Part shown: piece after piece, positions 36,674 through 42,969 of the stretch
Position numbering within the stretch: the first letter of the stretch is position 1
Layout: each line of letters begins with the position of its first letter
From: Klebsiella phage ZCKP1
Sequence record: MH252123.1
Strand: one strand, 5' to 3'
DNA: 64,000 bases
The notes under the pieces: model-generated
The model's input: only the letters and a program-made list of their open reading frames with translations
Database searches by the model: none
What the model was told of the DNA's origin: nothing
Position numbers and translations under genes: made by a program

Positions 36674-36864
36674 TTCTTTACGTACTCCATGATTGGGGTA
36701 TGGTCGCCAGTAAGCGTAACACGGCTGTAGGACACATCTTGTGTCTTCAGTGTATCAATCCACTCTAAGAAGTGTTCTTTCGCTTCTGTGTAGTTCTGTG
36801 TGCCTTTAACAACGTGTATACCATCTAGAGTTACACGGAATACCATTTGAATAACGTCTTTCAT
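36670..36864 (-). CDS. hypothetical protein (64 aa)
   Basis: ORF. Confidence 0.4.
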   Translation of the reverse strand: MKDVIQMVFRVTLDGIHVVKGTQNYTEAKEHFLEWIDTLKTQDVSYSRVTLTGDHTPIMEYVKK

Positions 36865-36960
36865 TTCTTACCTCCTTTGTTGTCAAAATAACTTACCAGA
36901 ACATCATGAACCACACACATGGCAAAAATCAGAACAATTGTTGTCAGGACTGGATTCTCA

Positions 36961-37284
36961 CTAATTAGTGCTATCATCTTTAACCACCTCCAATTGCCTT
37001 TCGAGTTTGACTTTGTTTGAGAACTGATAATGACACAACTTACATTGCATGTCAACAATCTGATCGTGATTTAACCCTACAATTTTAACTTCCTTTGCAC
37101 CATCCCATTCCAAATACTCAAAGCCATCCAAATGATTACTCTTGTCCAACAAGAATGCTATCTGCTGCCATTCAATCTGAATGTCATTTAAATGATATGC
37201 TGCACAGAAGATATCCTCGTAGTAAAAGACGATCATTGTCATTGCTTCGTCCAGCACAACTACCTCTTGTCTTGTAAATCTCAT
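36961..37284 (-). CDS. hypothetical protein (107 aa), first gene of the leftward early unit
   Basis: RBS taggaggctaga ATG. Confidence 0.5.
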   Translation of the reverse strand: MRFTRQEVVVLDEAMTMIVFYYEDIFCAAYHLNDIQIEWQQIAFLLDKSNHLDGFEYLEWDGAKEVKIVGLNHDQIVDMQCKLCHYQFSNKVKLERQLEVVKDDSTN

Positions 37285-37538
37285 TCTAGCCTCCTAAACG
37301 CGTCTCTGACGCACTTTTTATATATAAGATGATAAATCACCTTACCTAGTAAGTGAACTTGCTCTACGAGCCTCTTATGAAGCTTATGTTATAGGCTATA
37401 CTATTGCTACCTGTTTAAGCAAGGTTTTTGCACACAGAAAATAATTTTAATAAAACTCTTGACTTTTGTGTTCGAAGTATGCTACCCTAGAAATCTATTA
37501 ACGAGCGCAGCGAGTTAAGGTTTTAGGTTGTTGATGTA

Positions 37539-37736
37539 GTACTCTGTACTCAAGTACTGTACTCCGTACTAGATTAATAATTATTAAATATTAATAATAA
37601 ATAATTATTAGATCTAACAAACAGGTACAGTGTATCAGAACTGGTACGTACAGATCAACTTCTATCAATCAAAAATAAAATAATAAATTATTATAAATAA
37701 TACTTGATCTATAGATCAGTATGAAGTACAGTACGG
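37539..37736. repeat. GTACT direct repeats (x5), perfect palindromes TTAATAATTATTAA, GTACGTAC and TGATCTATAGATCA, and inverted arms GTACTGTACT / AGTACAGTAC in divergent intergenic region
   Basis: read directly from the sequence; AT-rich core flanked by GTAC arrays. Confidence 0.7.
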
Positions 37737-37764
37737 AACATCTTAACAAGAATGGAGGTGTGCA

Positions 37765-37950
37765 ATGATTAGTGAGAATCCGTGCAAATGGCATCATGTG
37801 CCTATTAAAGATTGTATGTCTTGTAATCCACGTTCTATTTATAACATTGCATCTTATGATGATGACAATGTGTTAGACGATGATGAAGGATGGGAGGATT
37901 TAGATTGGACTGGTTATGAAACCAAAAAGGATAAAATTATTCCTAGTTGA
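37765..37950 (+). CDS. hypothetical Cys-containing acidic protein (61 aa)
   Basis: RBS aatggaggtgtgca ATG. Confidence 0.45.
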   Translation: MISENPCKWHHVPIKDCMSCNPRSIYNIASYDDDNVLDDDEGWEDLDWTGYETKKDKIIPS

Positions 37951-37987
37951 CTTAAGATATCCTTCGTGCTAAACTAGAAGTGAGGAG

Positions 37988-38239
37988 ATGCCGATCACTC
38001 CCCATTTGGGGTTCGAAGGATATATGCAAAATAGCTTTTATTTTAGGTGCCGTGCTTGTAATAGGCATTTGACAAACCACTCCAGACGTGATAAAAATGG
38101 AGTCATCAAGGAATCAGACCTCTGTTCTATTTGCACAGGTTTGGCTTTTGATGATAGTCCCGAAAGGGTTTATCAGCATCAATGTATAACAGACGTTCTC
38201 GTGTCAAACTTGGTAGAGGACGAACAACTAACAGACTAG
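37988..38239 (+). CDS. small zinc-finger protein (CRACNRH...CSICTG)
   Basis: RBS GTGAGGAG ATG. Confidence 0.45.
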   Translation: MPITPHLGFEGYMQNSFYFRCRACNRHLTNHSRRDKNGVIKESDLCSICTGLAFDDSPERVYQHQCITDVLVSNLVEDEQLTD

Positions 38240-38248
38240 GAGGAACAA

Positions 38249-38496
38249 TGTCTCTATTAGAAAAACACGTGTTTGAAGATGGTAACGGCAATGCAGTTTT
38301 TCTTTTCCATCCAGAAAAATACACATCTGAAAACAATGGTACAACTTCTATTGTAATCACTAAAGATGTTAAAGTTATTGATTTCTTGGCTCTGATGCGA
38401 GAGATGGATCTTGAAATTAACACTTTTAACGCAGAAGCTTTGGTTGTTGCTCTTCTGGAAAAGAAAGATAGTGAAGAAGTAGCAGAATATGCTTAA
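38249..38496 (+). CDS. hypothetical protein (82 aa)
   Basis: RBS ctaggaggaaca ATG. Confidence 0.45.
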
Positions 38497-38503
38497 ATAA
38501 CTA

Positions 38504-38533
38504 TTGACAAACGTATCCTTCATATGTTAGGAT
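38504..38533 (+). promoter_or_regulatory. sigma70 promoter (ctaTTGACAa-18-TAGGAT) ahead of the first tRNA block
   Basis: shares the extended ctaTTGACAa -35 context with the promoters at 39091, 40772 and 46741. Confidence 0.45.
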
Positions 38534-38742
38534 ACGTTCATCAAGTGTGGTAACAGGGTCGTTGACTTTTGTTAAGAGGGGCTTGCACTGCGGTAGTGTT
38601 AGAGACTACTTCTTCAGAGGTTAGCTACCAAAGAGGAAAAGGAACAGTCTCGGCTCAAGAACTTTTACGCTGAAAGTTGGGCTTGGTCTTAGAGAATGTA
38701 GCGGTTCTCTACAATCGTCAGCGTCTCTGTTACCACATTTAT

Positions 38743-38817
38743 GGCCCTGTAGCTCAATGGGAGAGCTGTCGGCTCATAACCGATAGGTAGCTGGATCGAA
38801 ACCAGCCAGGGCCACCA
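38743..38817 (+). tRNA. tRNA-Met/Ile2 (anticodon CAT), CCA encoded
   Basis: cloverleaf folded by eye: acceptor GGCCCTG/CAGGGCC, anticodon loop CTCATAA, T-loop GGATCGAAACC. Confidence 0.75.
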
Positions 38818-38819
38818 AC

Positions 38820-38894
38820 GTCTTTATGGTGTAATGGATAGCACAGGAGTCTTCTAAACTCTTAGTCAAGGTTCGATTCCTTGTAAAGACACCA
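38820..38894 (+). tRNA. tRNA-Arg (anticodon TCT), CCA encoded
   Basis: acceptor GTCTTTA/TAAAGAC, loop CTTCTAA, T-arm CAAGGTTCGATTCCTTG. Confidence 0.7.
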
Positions 38895-39090
38895 GAACAT
38901 TTTAACATGAATTAGCTCAAGTGATTTGAACACACTACTGATCATGGTGGTAGAGAATGAGGCAAGTATGTCAGACATTATAAACAAAGGCCACGGTTAT
39001 ATTAGAAGACATAAATGCTCGAAGAGCACCGTTCGTGGAGAACGGGGGTTGGTGGAGTCACCATTCATGGTAAAATGTTTTAAAAAACTA

Positions 39091-39120
39091 TTGACAACTA
39101 ACATTATTTTATGTTAGATT
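39091..39120 (+). promoter_or_regulatory. sigma70 promoter (ctaTTGACAa-18-TAGATT) ahead of the second tRNA block
   Basis: consensus -35 with the extended upstream context. Confidence 0.45.
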
Positions 39121-39128
39121 ATAAGTAT

Positions 39129-39219
39129 GGAAGGGCAAATCGACGTGGCGACGAAAACGGTCTTGAAAACCGCCGAGCTTGAAAGAGCCTTGGGAGTTCG
39201 ACTCTCCCTCCTTCCGCCA
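39129..39219 (+). tRNA. tRNA-Ser (anticodon TGA), long variable arm, CCA encoded
   Basis: acceptor GGAAGGG/TCCTTCC, loop CTTGAAA, variable-arm hairpin, T-arm GGGAGTTCGACTCTCCC. Confidence 0.7.
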
Positions 39220-39223
39220 GATT

Positions 39224-39309
39224 GGTAGATTGGTGAAATGGTAGCCACGACAGTTTGCTAAACTGTAGTCGGAAACGGCGTGTAGGTTCGAGTCCTACAT
39301 CTACCGCCA
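39224..39309 (+). tRNA. tRNA-Ser (anticodon GCT), long variable arm, CCA encoded
   Basis: acceptor GGTAGAT/ATCTACC, stem ACAGT/ACTGT, loop TTGCTAA, T-arm GTAGGTTCGAGTCCTAC. Confidence 0.75.
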
Positions 39310-39439
39310 AGTTCTTTTTAATATAGCTTACTTTAGCAGAGTAAATCTTCGGCAAGTGGCGGTAACCACTTTACCGATAACTCATAGTTAGTGGTGTGAA
39401 CACTGGCTATTTTAAAAAGAATTTAAATATTAGTATTTA

Positions 39440-39527
39440 GGTGAGTTAATTCCGTAGGGGTAGCGGGGCAGACTGTAAATCTGTTATCATTGCGATTCGG
39501 GTGGTTCGACTCCATCACTCACCACCA
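39440..39527 (+). tRNA. tRNA-Tyr (anticodon GTA), long variable arm, CCA encoded
   Basis: GCAGACTGTAAATCTGT anticodon arm identical in type to bacterial tRNA-Tyr; acceptor GGTGAGT/ACTCACC. Confidence 0.7.
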
Positions 39528-39533
39528 AATTAA

Positions 39534-39619
39534 GATGAGTTGGCTGAATGGTTTAAGCGGCGGACTGTTAATCCGTGTTCGAAAGAACGATATAGGTTCA
39601 AATCCTATACTCATCGCCA
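39534..39619 (+). tRNA. atypical tRNA with Asn anticodon arm (GTT) plus 15-nt variable-arm hairpin, CCA encoded
   Basis: anticodon arm GCGGACTGTTAATCCGT equals the E. coli tRNA-Asn arm; variable region GTTCGAAAGAACGAT forms GTTC/GAAC hairpin; discriminator G. Confidence 0.55.
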
Positions 39620-39626
39620 GAATTAT

Positions 39627-39704
39627 GGACTTGTAGAGTTAAGGTAAACCCCCCAGTCGCCAAGAGGCTTCTGAAATTGCAGGTATCGAATCCTGCCGAG
39701 TCCC
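39627..39704 (+). ncRNA. degenerate tRNA-like element (good acceptor and T-arm, no canonical anticodon arm)
   Basis: acceptor GGACTTG/CGAGTCC and GCAGG-TATCGAAT-CCTGC T-arm with 8-nt loop; middle region forms CAGtcGCCaagaGGCttCTG hairpin instead of an anticodon arm; no CCA. Confidence 0.35.
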
Positions 39705-39710
39705 AGCTTT

Positions 39711-39785
39711 GCTCCTATAGTATAATGGCTATTACAACGGTTTTGTAATCCGTGGATCTCTGTTCGATTCAGAGTGGGAGCACCA
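39711..39785 (+). tRNA. tRNA-Thr (anticodon TGT), CCA encoded
   Basis: acceptor GCTCCTA/TGGGAGC, loop TTTGTAA, T-arm CTCTGTTCGATTCAGAG. Confidence 0.65.
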
Positions 39786-39964
39786 ACACAACATTAAGGG
39801 CACTGTGATTGATCGTCGTATCCTGTGCACAAGGTCTGTTCGAAAGACAGTGTTCTTAGTATTGTGTTGATCACAAAAAGAGTCACCTGAAACTTGACCG
39901 GAGTAGGGTTGGATGGGGCAAAAGAAGAAGCGGCTCTCCCATCGACAGCAACGAAGAATAATAT

Positions 39965-39993
39965 TTGACTTTGGTTTTGTATTATTTTAAGTT
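39965..39993 (+). promoter_or_regulatory. sigma70 promoter (TTGACT-17-TAAGTT) upstream of higA-like gene
   Basis: good -35/-10 hexamers with 17-nt spacer. Confidence 0.4.
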
Positions 39994-40140
39994 AGCTTAC
40001 CGAACGTAGGGCTAGTCACCCAACGGGATACTCGTCACTGTCCCACTCAAAGAAAAGAAGAACCAAACTGTTAACGTTAAGAAAAAATTACCCTTAACTA
40101 ATCCATTTTATCACAAATGGATTTCATATGTCAATATGTT

Positions 40141-40160
40141 TGCGCGTTGCACAGCGCGCA
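40141..40160 (+). promoter_or_regulatory. palindromic operator-like site TGCGCG-ttgcacag-CGCGCA immediately upstream of higA RBS
   Basis: perfect 6-bp inverted repeat 25 nt before the start codon. Confidence 0.45.
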
Positions 40161-40184
40161 AAATCAGAGTATTTAGGAGGTTAC

Positions 40185-40526
40185 ATGGTCACATTGCACA
40201 AACCTATGCACCCCGGCGAGTTTATCCGCGAAGTATATTTAGAGCCGTTAGAGCTTCAAATAGGAACGTTTGCAGAAAAGCTTGGTGTTGATACATCAAC
40301 CGTTAGCCGGTTAGTAAACCAAAAAGCTGACCTTTCTTATGAAATGGCATTACGCCTATCAAAAGCCTTAGGGCGTTCTGCTGACTCTTGGATGAAAATG
40401 CAAATAGCATATGGTTTATATCGTGCTCAAGATAAAGTAAATCTTGAAGAAGTTGAGGTGGTTTACTGCCCACGGAACTTGGATGCTCCTGAAAAACAGG
40501 TCCATGAATTTTATGAAAATATCTAA
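40185..40526 (+). CDS. higA: HigA-family antitoxin-like XRE helix-turn-helix protein (no cognate toxin ORF found)
   Basis: MHPGEFIREVYLEPL...TFAEKLGVDTSTVSRLVNQKADLSYEMALRLSKALGRSADSWMKMQ matches the HigA/VapI antidote family; RBS AGGAGG-5nt-ATG. Confidence 0.7.
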   Translation: MVTLHKPMHPGEFIREVYLEPLELQIGTFAEKLGVDTSTVSRLVNQKADLSYEMALRLSKALGRSADSWMKMQIAYGLYRAQDKVNLEEVEVVYCPRNLDAPEKQVHEFYENI

Positions 40527-40702
40527 AAACGATATTTCATTTAGGTAAAGAAAAGCTACTAACCATAGGGGCTTTTTGTCTCTACACCTGTGTATTTATG
40601 TGAAGACCTAAGGCAGCATCGTTATTCCTGAAGATGCTTAAACAGCGGTCTTGTACACCCTGTTACCACGGTTCAGAAGTTCCCCAACTTACTGAACATT
40701 CG

Positions 40703-40733
40703 AAAAACCACCCCCCAGGTGGTTTTTCGTTTC
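40703..40733 (+). terminator. rho-independent terminator AAAAACCACCCCCCAGGTGGTTTTTCGTTT
   Basis: CCACC/GGTGG stem followed by a T-run. Confidence 0.65.
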
Positions 40734-40771
40734 AGGATTAAAGATACTCTGCGTCCCACTCAATAAAACTA

Positions 40772-40801
40772 TTGACAACCAATAGTAAAATGTAGTATAG
40801 T
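40772..40801 (+). promoter_or_regulatory. sigma70 promoter (ctaTTGACAa-18-TATAGT) ahead of the third tRNA block
   Basis: consensus -35 with the extended upstream context. Confidence 0.5.
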
Positions 40802-40812
40802 AAAGATATAGG

Positions 40813-40886
40813 GCGTTCTTGGTGTAGCGGTAGCATTCCGTCCTTCCAAGTCGGCGGCACGAGTTCGATCCTCGTAGAACGCTCCA
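40813..40886 (+). tRNA. tRNA-Gly (anticodon TCC), CCA encoded
   Basis: acceptor GCGTTCT/AGAACGC, loop CTTCCAA, T-arm ACGAGTTCGATCCTCGT. Confidence 0.65.
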
Positions 40887-40984
40887 AATTATTTAATAAA
40901 GGGTTGCCAGAAAACTTTCTCTTTTACTCATGGTTTTCTCCTTCTCTCACACCTCTTCTGGTTGCCCTTCATTAAATGATTTAT

Positions 40985-41060
40985 TGGTTTGTAGTGTAGT
41001 CAGGTAGCACACGACACTTTGACTGTCGTAGGTTTGGTTCAAATCCAGACAGACCAGCCA
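40985..41060 (+). tRNA. tRNA-Gln (anticodon TTG), CCA encoded
   Basis: acceptor TGGTTTG/CAGACCA, stem CGACA/TGTCG, loop CTTTGAC, T-arm TTTGGTTCAAATCCAGA. Confidence 0.7.
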
Positions 41061-41153
41061 TATAACAAAGGTGAGTCACTACCTCAAGTGTGAAGTTAAA
41101 AAACGAGGAGCCGCCGAACACTTTCTTTTGCGGTGTACCTTTAGAATGTTATG

Positions 41154-41230
41154 ACGGAATTTAGCTCAGTTTGGTAGAGTGTACGCTTTGGGAGCGTATT
41201 GTCGCAGGTTCGAATCCTGCAATTCCGACC
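41154..41230 (+). tRNA. tRNA-Pro (anticodon TGG), CCA encoded
   Basis: acceptor CGGAATT/AATTCCG, D-arm GCTCAGTTTGGTAGAGT, loop TTTGGGA, T-arm GCAGGTTCGAATCCTGC. Confidence 0.75.
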
Positions 41231-41236
41231 AATTAA

Positions 41237-41310
41237 ATGTTTCGTAGTTCAATGGTAGAACCCACGACTGATAATCGTGAGATACAAGTTCGATTCTTGT
41301 CGAAACAACC
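41237..41310 (+). tRNA. tRNA-Ile (anticodon GAT), CCA encoded
   Basis: acceptor TGTTTCG/CGAAACA, stem CACGA/TCGTG, loop CTGATAA, T-arm ACAAGTTCGATTCTTGT. Confidence 0.75.
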
Positions 41311-41312
41311 AG

Positions 41313-41385
41313 TTTCCCGTTAGACTTACAGGATAAGAGTTCCACAGCTTATTGTGATGCTGGTTCGAATCCAGCACGGGATACC
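41313..41385 (+). ncRNA. tRNA-like element / possible tRNA pseudogene (canonical T-arm GCTGGTTCGAATCCAGC and acceptor, body does not fold canonically)
   Basis: acceptor TTCCCGT/ACGGGAT with a T-T first pair; no acceptable 5-bp anticodon stem found by eye; ends CCT. Confidence 0.3.
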
Positions 41386-41388
41386 TAA

Positions 41389-41467
41389 TAGCGGGATAGA
41401 GGAGTCTGGTCGTCCTCGCCAGTTTCATATGCTGGAGATCATCGGTTCAAATCCGATTCCCGCCTCC
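41389..41467 (+). tRNA. tRNA-Met (anticodon CAT) with A1-C72 mismatch (initiator-like feature), CCA encoded
   Basis: acceptor AGCGGGA/TCCCGCC with A-C at 1:72, stem CCAGT/GCTGG, loop TTCATAT, T-arm ATCGGTTCAAATCCGAT. Confidence 0.6.
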
Positions 41468-41582
41468 AAATATCGCTTGCCAGCGGTATCTTTGAAGACC
41501 TTGCCTGGTTCCTTCTAAGATGGAGGGGTGCGACTCCTTAACGCACAATTATAATAAAGCATTTCAACTTAACAGTATTTAT

Positions 41583-41607
41583 TAGCCTCCTTATTGGAGG
41601 CTTTTTG
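41583..41607 (+). terminator. rho-independent terminator TAGCCTCCTTATTGGAGGCTTTTT
   Basis: 7-bp stem plus T5 run. Confidence 0.65.
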
Positions 41608-41625
41608 CTATCTATTGAATAAAAC

Positions 41626-41654
41626 TTGACTTATTATTTTTTATATGTTAAGAT
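41626..41654 (+). promoter_or_regulatory. sigma70 promoter (TTGACT-17-TAAGAT) for late/packaging module
   Basis: hexamers with 17-nt AT-rich spacer. Confidence 0.45.
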
Positions 41655-41675
41655 AAAGTTTAGGAGGATTTTATT

Positions 41676-41972
41676 ATGCCTAAACTAAAACGTGGTCGTG
41701 GAAGACCAACAGCCGAAATGCAACAGATTTACGCAATGGATGCGGCGCAAGCAAGTGTAAAAGAATTATTTGCAGAGCATTATTTAGAAGCTATGCGGTA
41801 TATTGTTGAACTTGTTAATGATAAGGATGCAGCAAAACCTCTCCGCTTCCAAGCAGCTAAAGCTATTAAAGAGCAAGTAGAAGAATGGTTAGAAGAACAT
41901 TATGAAGCTATGGAAGAAGAAACCCCTGCCGTGCAGAATACAGATGACGTTCCTAAAAAGATCGTAATCTAA
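41676..41972 (+). CDS. small basic/acidic protein with N-terminal KRGRGRP (AT-hook-like); candidate DNA-binding/small terminase-like
   Basis: RBS tttaggagg; position ahead of the large terminase. Confidence 0.35.
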   Translation: MPKLKRGRGRPTAEMQQIYAMDAAQASVKELFAEHYLEAMRYIVELVNDKDAAKPLRFQAAKAIKEQVEEWLEEHYEAMEEETPAVQNTDDVPKKIVI

Positions 41973-42332
41973 TCCCTCTCCTCTCTTGGGGCTTTGCCCC
42001 TCCTCCTTGTTATTTTTAACACCCCTCTCCGAAAGGTTAGGGGTTTTTTATTTTTAATACTTGCAATTGTATATACTTTTGTGATAAGATCAGATATGAG
42101 GAGGATAAAATATGCGCAATTTTGTAGTTAAAAATGATTTTAACCGTTCTTCTTATCATAAAGATAAAAAGAATGATTACACACGGGCTTGGAACTTGGA
42201 GGAAGAACTTTATGATGACAGAGAAGACGTGGGAAGAGATCCTAGCGGAGGCTCAACCGATGGAAGTGAAGAAGATAGTTAATAATGCCCCTTCTCTTCC
42301 TAAAATAAAATTTTACGAGGAAGTAGAAGATA

Positions 42333-42725
42333 ATGAATCTAAAGACTAAAACTGTATTAGGTTTTGTTTTAATTGTTGTTCTTATTCTTGCCGGAATGTT
42401 TGCTTATAACAAGATACATGAGTCTGGCTACAAAGATGGTGTTGCCTATCAAACGCAATTATATCAAGCAGCCCAAGCAAAAGCAAAACAGGATTTTGAT
42501 GTTCTTCAAAAAAGAGCAGATGAAGAAAGAGCATTATTAAATACCCAAATAAACAACTTGTCTAAAAACAATGCACAATTAAAAGCAGATTTAGAGAAGA
42601 AGAAACAAACGATCAATGAGGATACAACGAATTATGCAAAAACTAATTCTGGCAGTATGTCTTGCTTTGCCCCTAATGATGACGGGTTGTTCATCATCAA
42701 CAAAAGCTTCCCCAGTTCTTATTGA
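42333..42725 (+). CDS. i-spanin (Rz-like; N-terminal TMD + coiled coil)
   Basis: TVLGFVLIVVLILAGMFAY TMD followed by a Q/A/K-rich helix. Confidence 0.55.
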   Translation: MNLKTKTVLGFVLIVVLILAGMFAYNKIHESGYKDGVAYQTQLYQAAQAKAKQDFDVLQKRADEERALLNTQINNLSKNNAQLKADLEKKKQTINEDTTNYAKTNSGSMSCFAPNDDGLFIINKSFPSSY

Positions 42726-42960
42726 TGAGTGTAAGGTTGTAGCCATAGAAAAGGTTAAAGGTCCAGATTCGGATTTGATGGATAAAGTATCGACACCTGT
42801 GCCATACACTAAAAATCAAATTGCAAAAGGGGTTAGTAGATCTGAAGTTGTTAACAACCAAACTCAAAACAACGCTCTTTGGGAGCAAGATAGACGAAAG
42901 GTTTTAGGTTTACAAACATATATTAAAACACTGCAAGAAAAAGGTATTATTGCTGAATAA
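42634..42960 (+). CDS. o-spanin (Rz1-like lipoprotein) overlapping i-spanin in +1 frame
   Basis: signal peptide with lipobox LMMTGC; embedded/overlapped gene architecture. Confidence 0.55.
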   Translation: MQKLILAVCLALPLMMTGCSSSTKASPVLIDECKVVAIEKVKGPDSDLMDKVSTPVPYTKNQIAKGVSRSEVVNNQTQNNALWEQDRRKVLGLQTYIKTLQEKGIIAE

Positions 42961-42969
42961 GGAGGGAAT

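Noticed and set aside
37539-37736. GTACT repeat array as a CRISPR array
   Set aside because: Repeats are only 5 nt with 2-4 nt gaps, no spacer-sized unique inserts and no cas genes; the organisation fits a protein-binding or origin region instead.
38926-39117. 63-aa plus-strand ORF in tRNA spacer
   Set aside because: No RBS; lies between tRNA blocks and overlaps a promoter; more likely structured non-coding spacer.
39119-39355. 78-aa minus-strand ORF spanning 39119..39355
   Set aside because: Region is occupied by two well-folded tRNA-Ser genes on the plus strand; the ORF is their reverse-complement readthrough.
39786-40184. HigB-like toxin gene upstream of higA
   Set aside because: No ORF with a start and RBS longer than ~20 codons in any frame of this spacer; region contains a promoter and palindromes instead.
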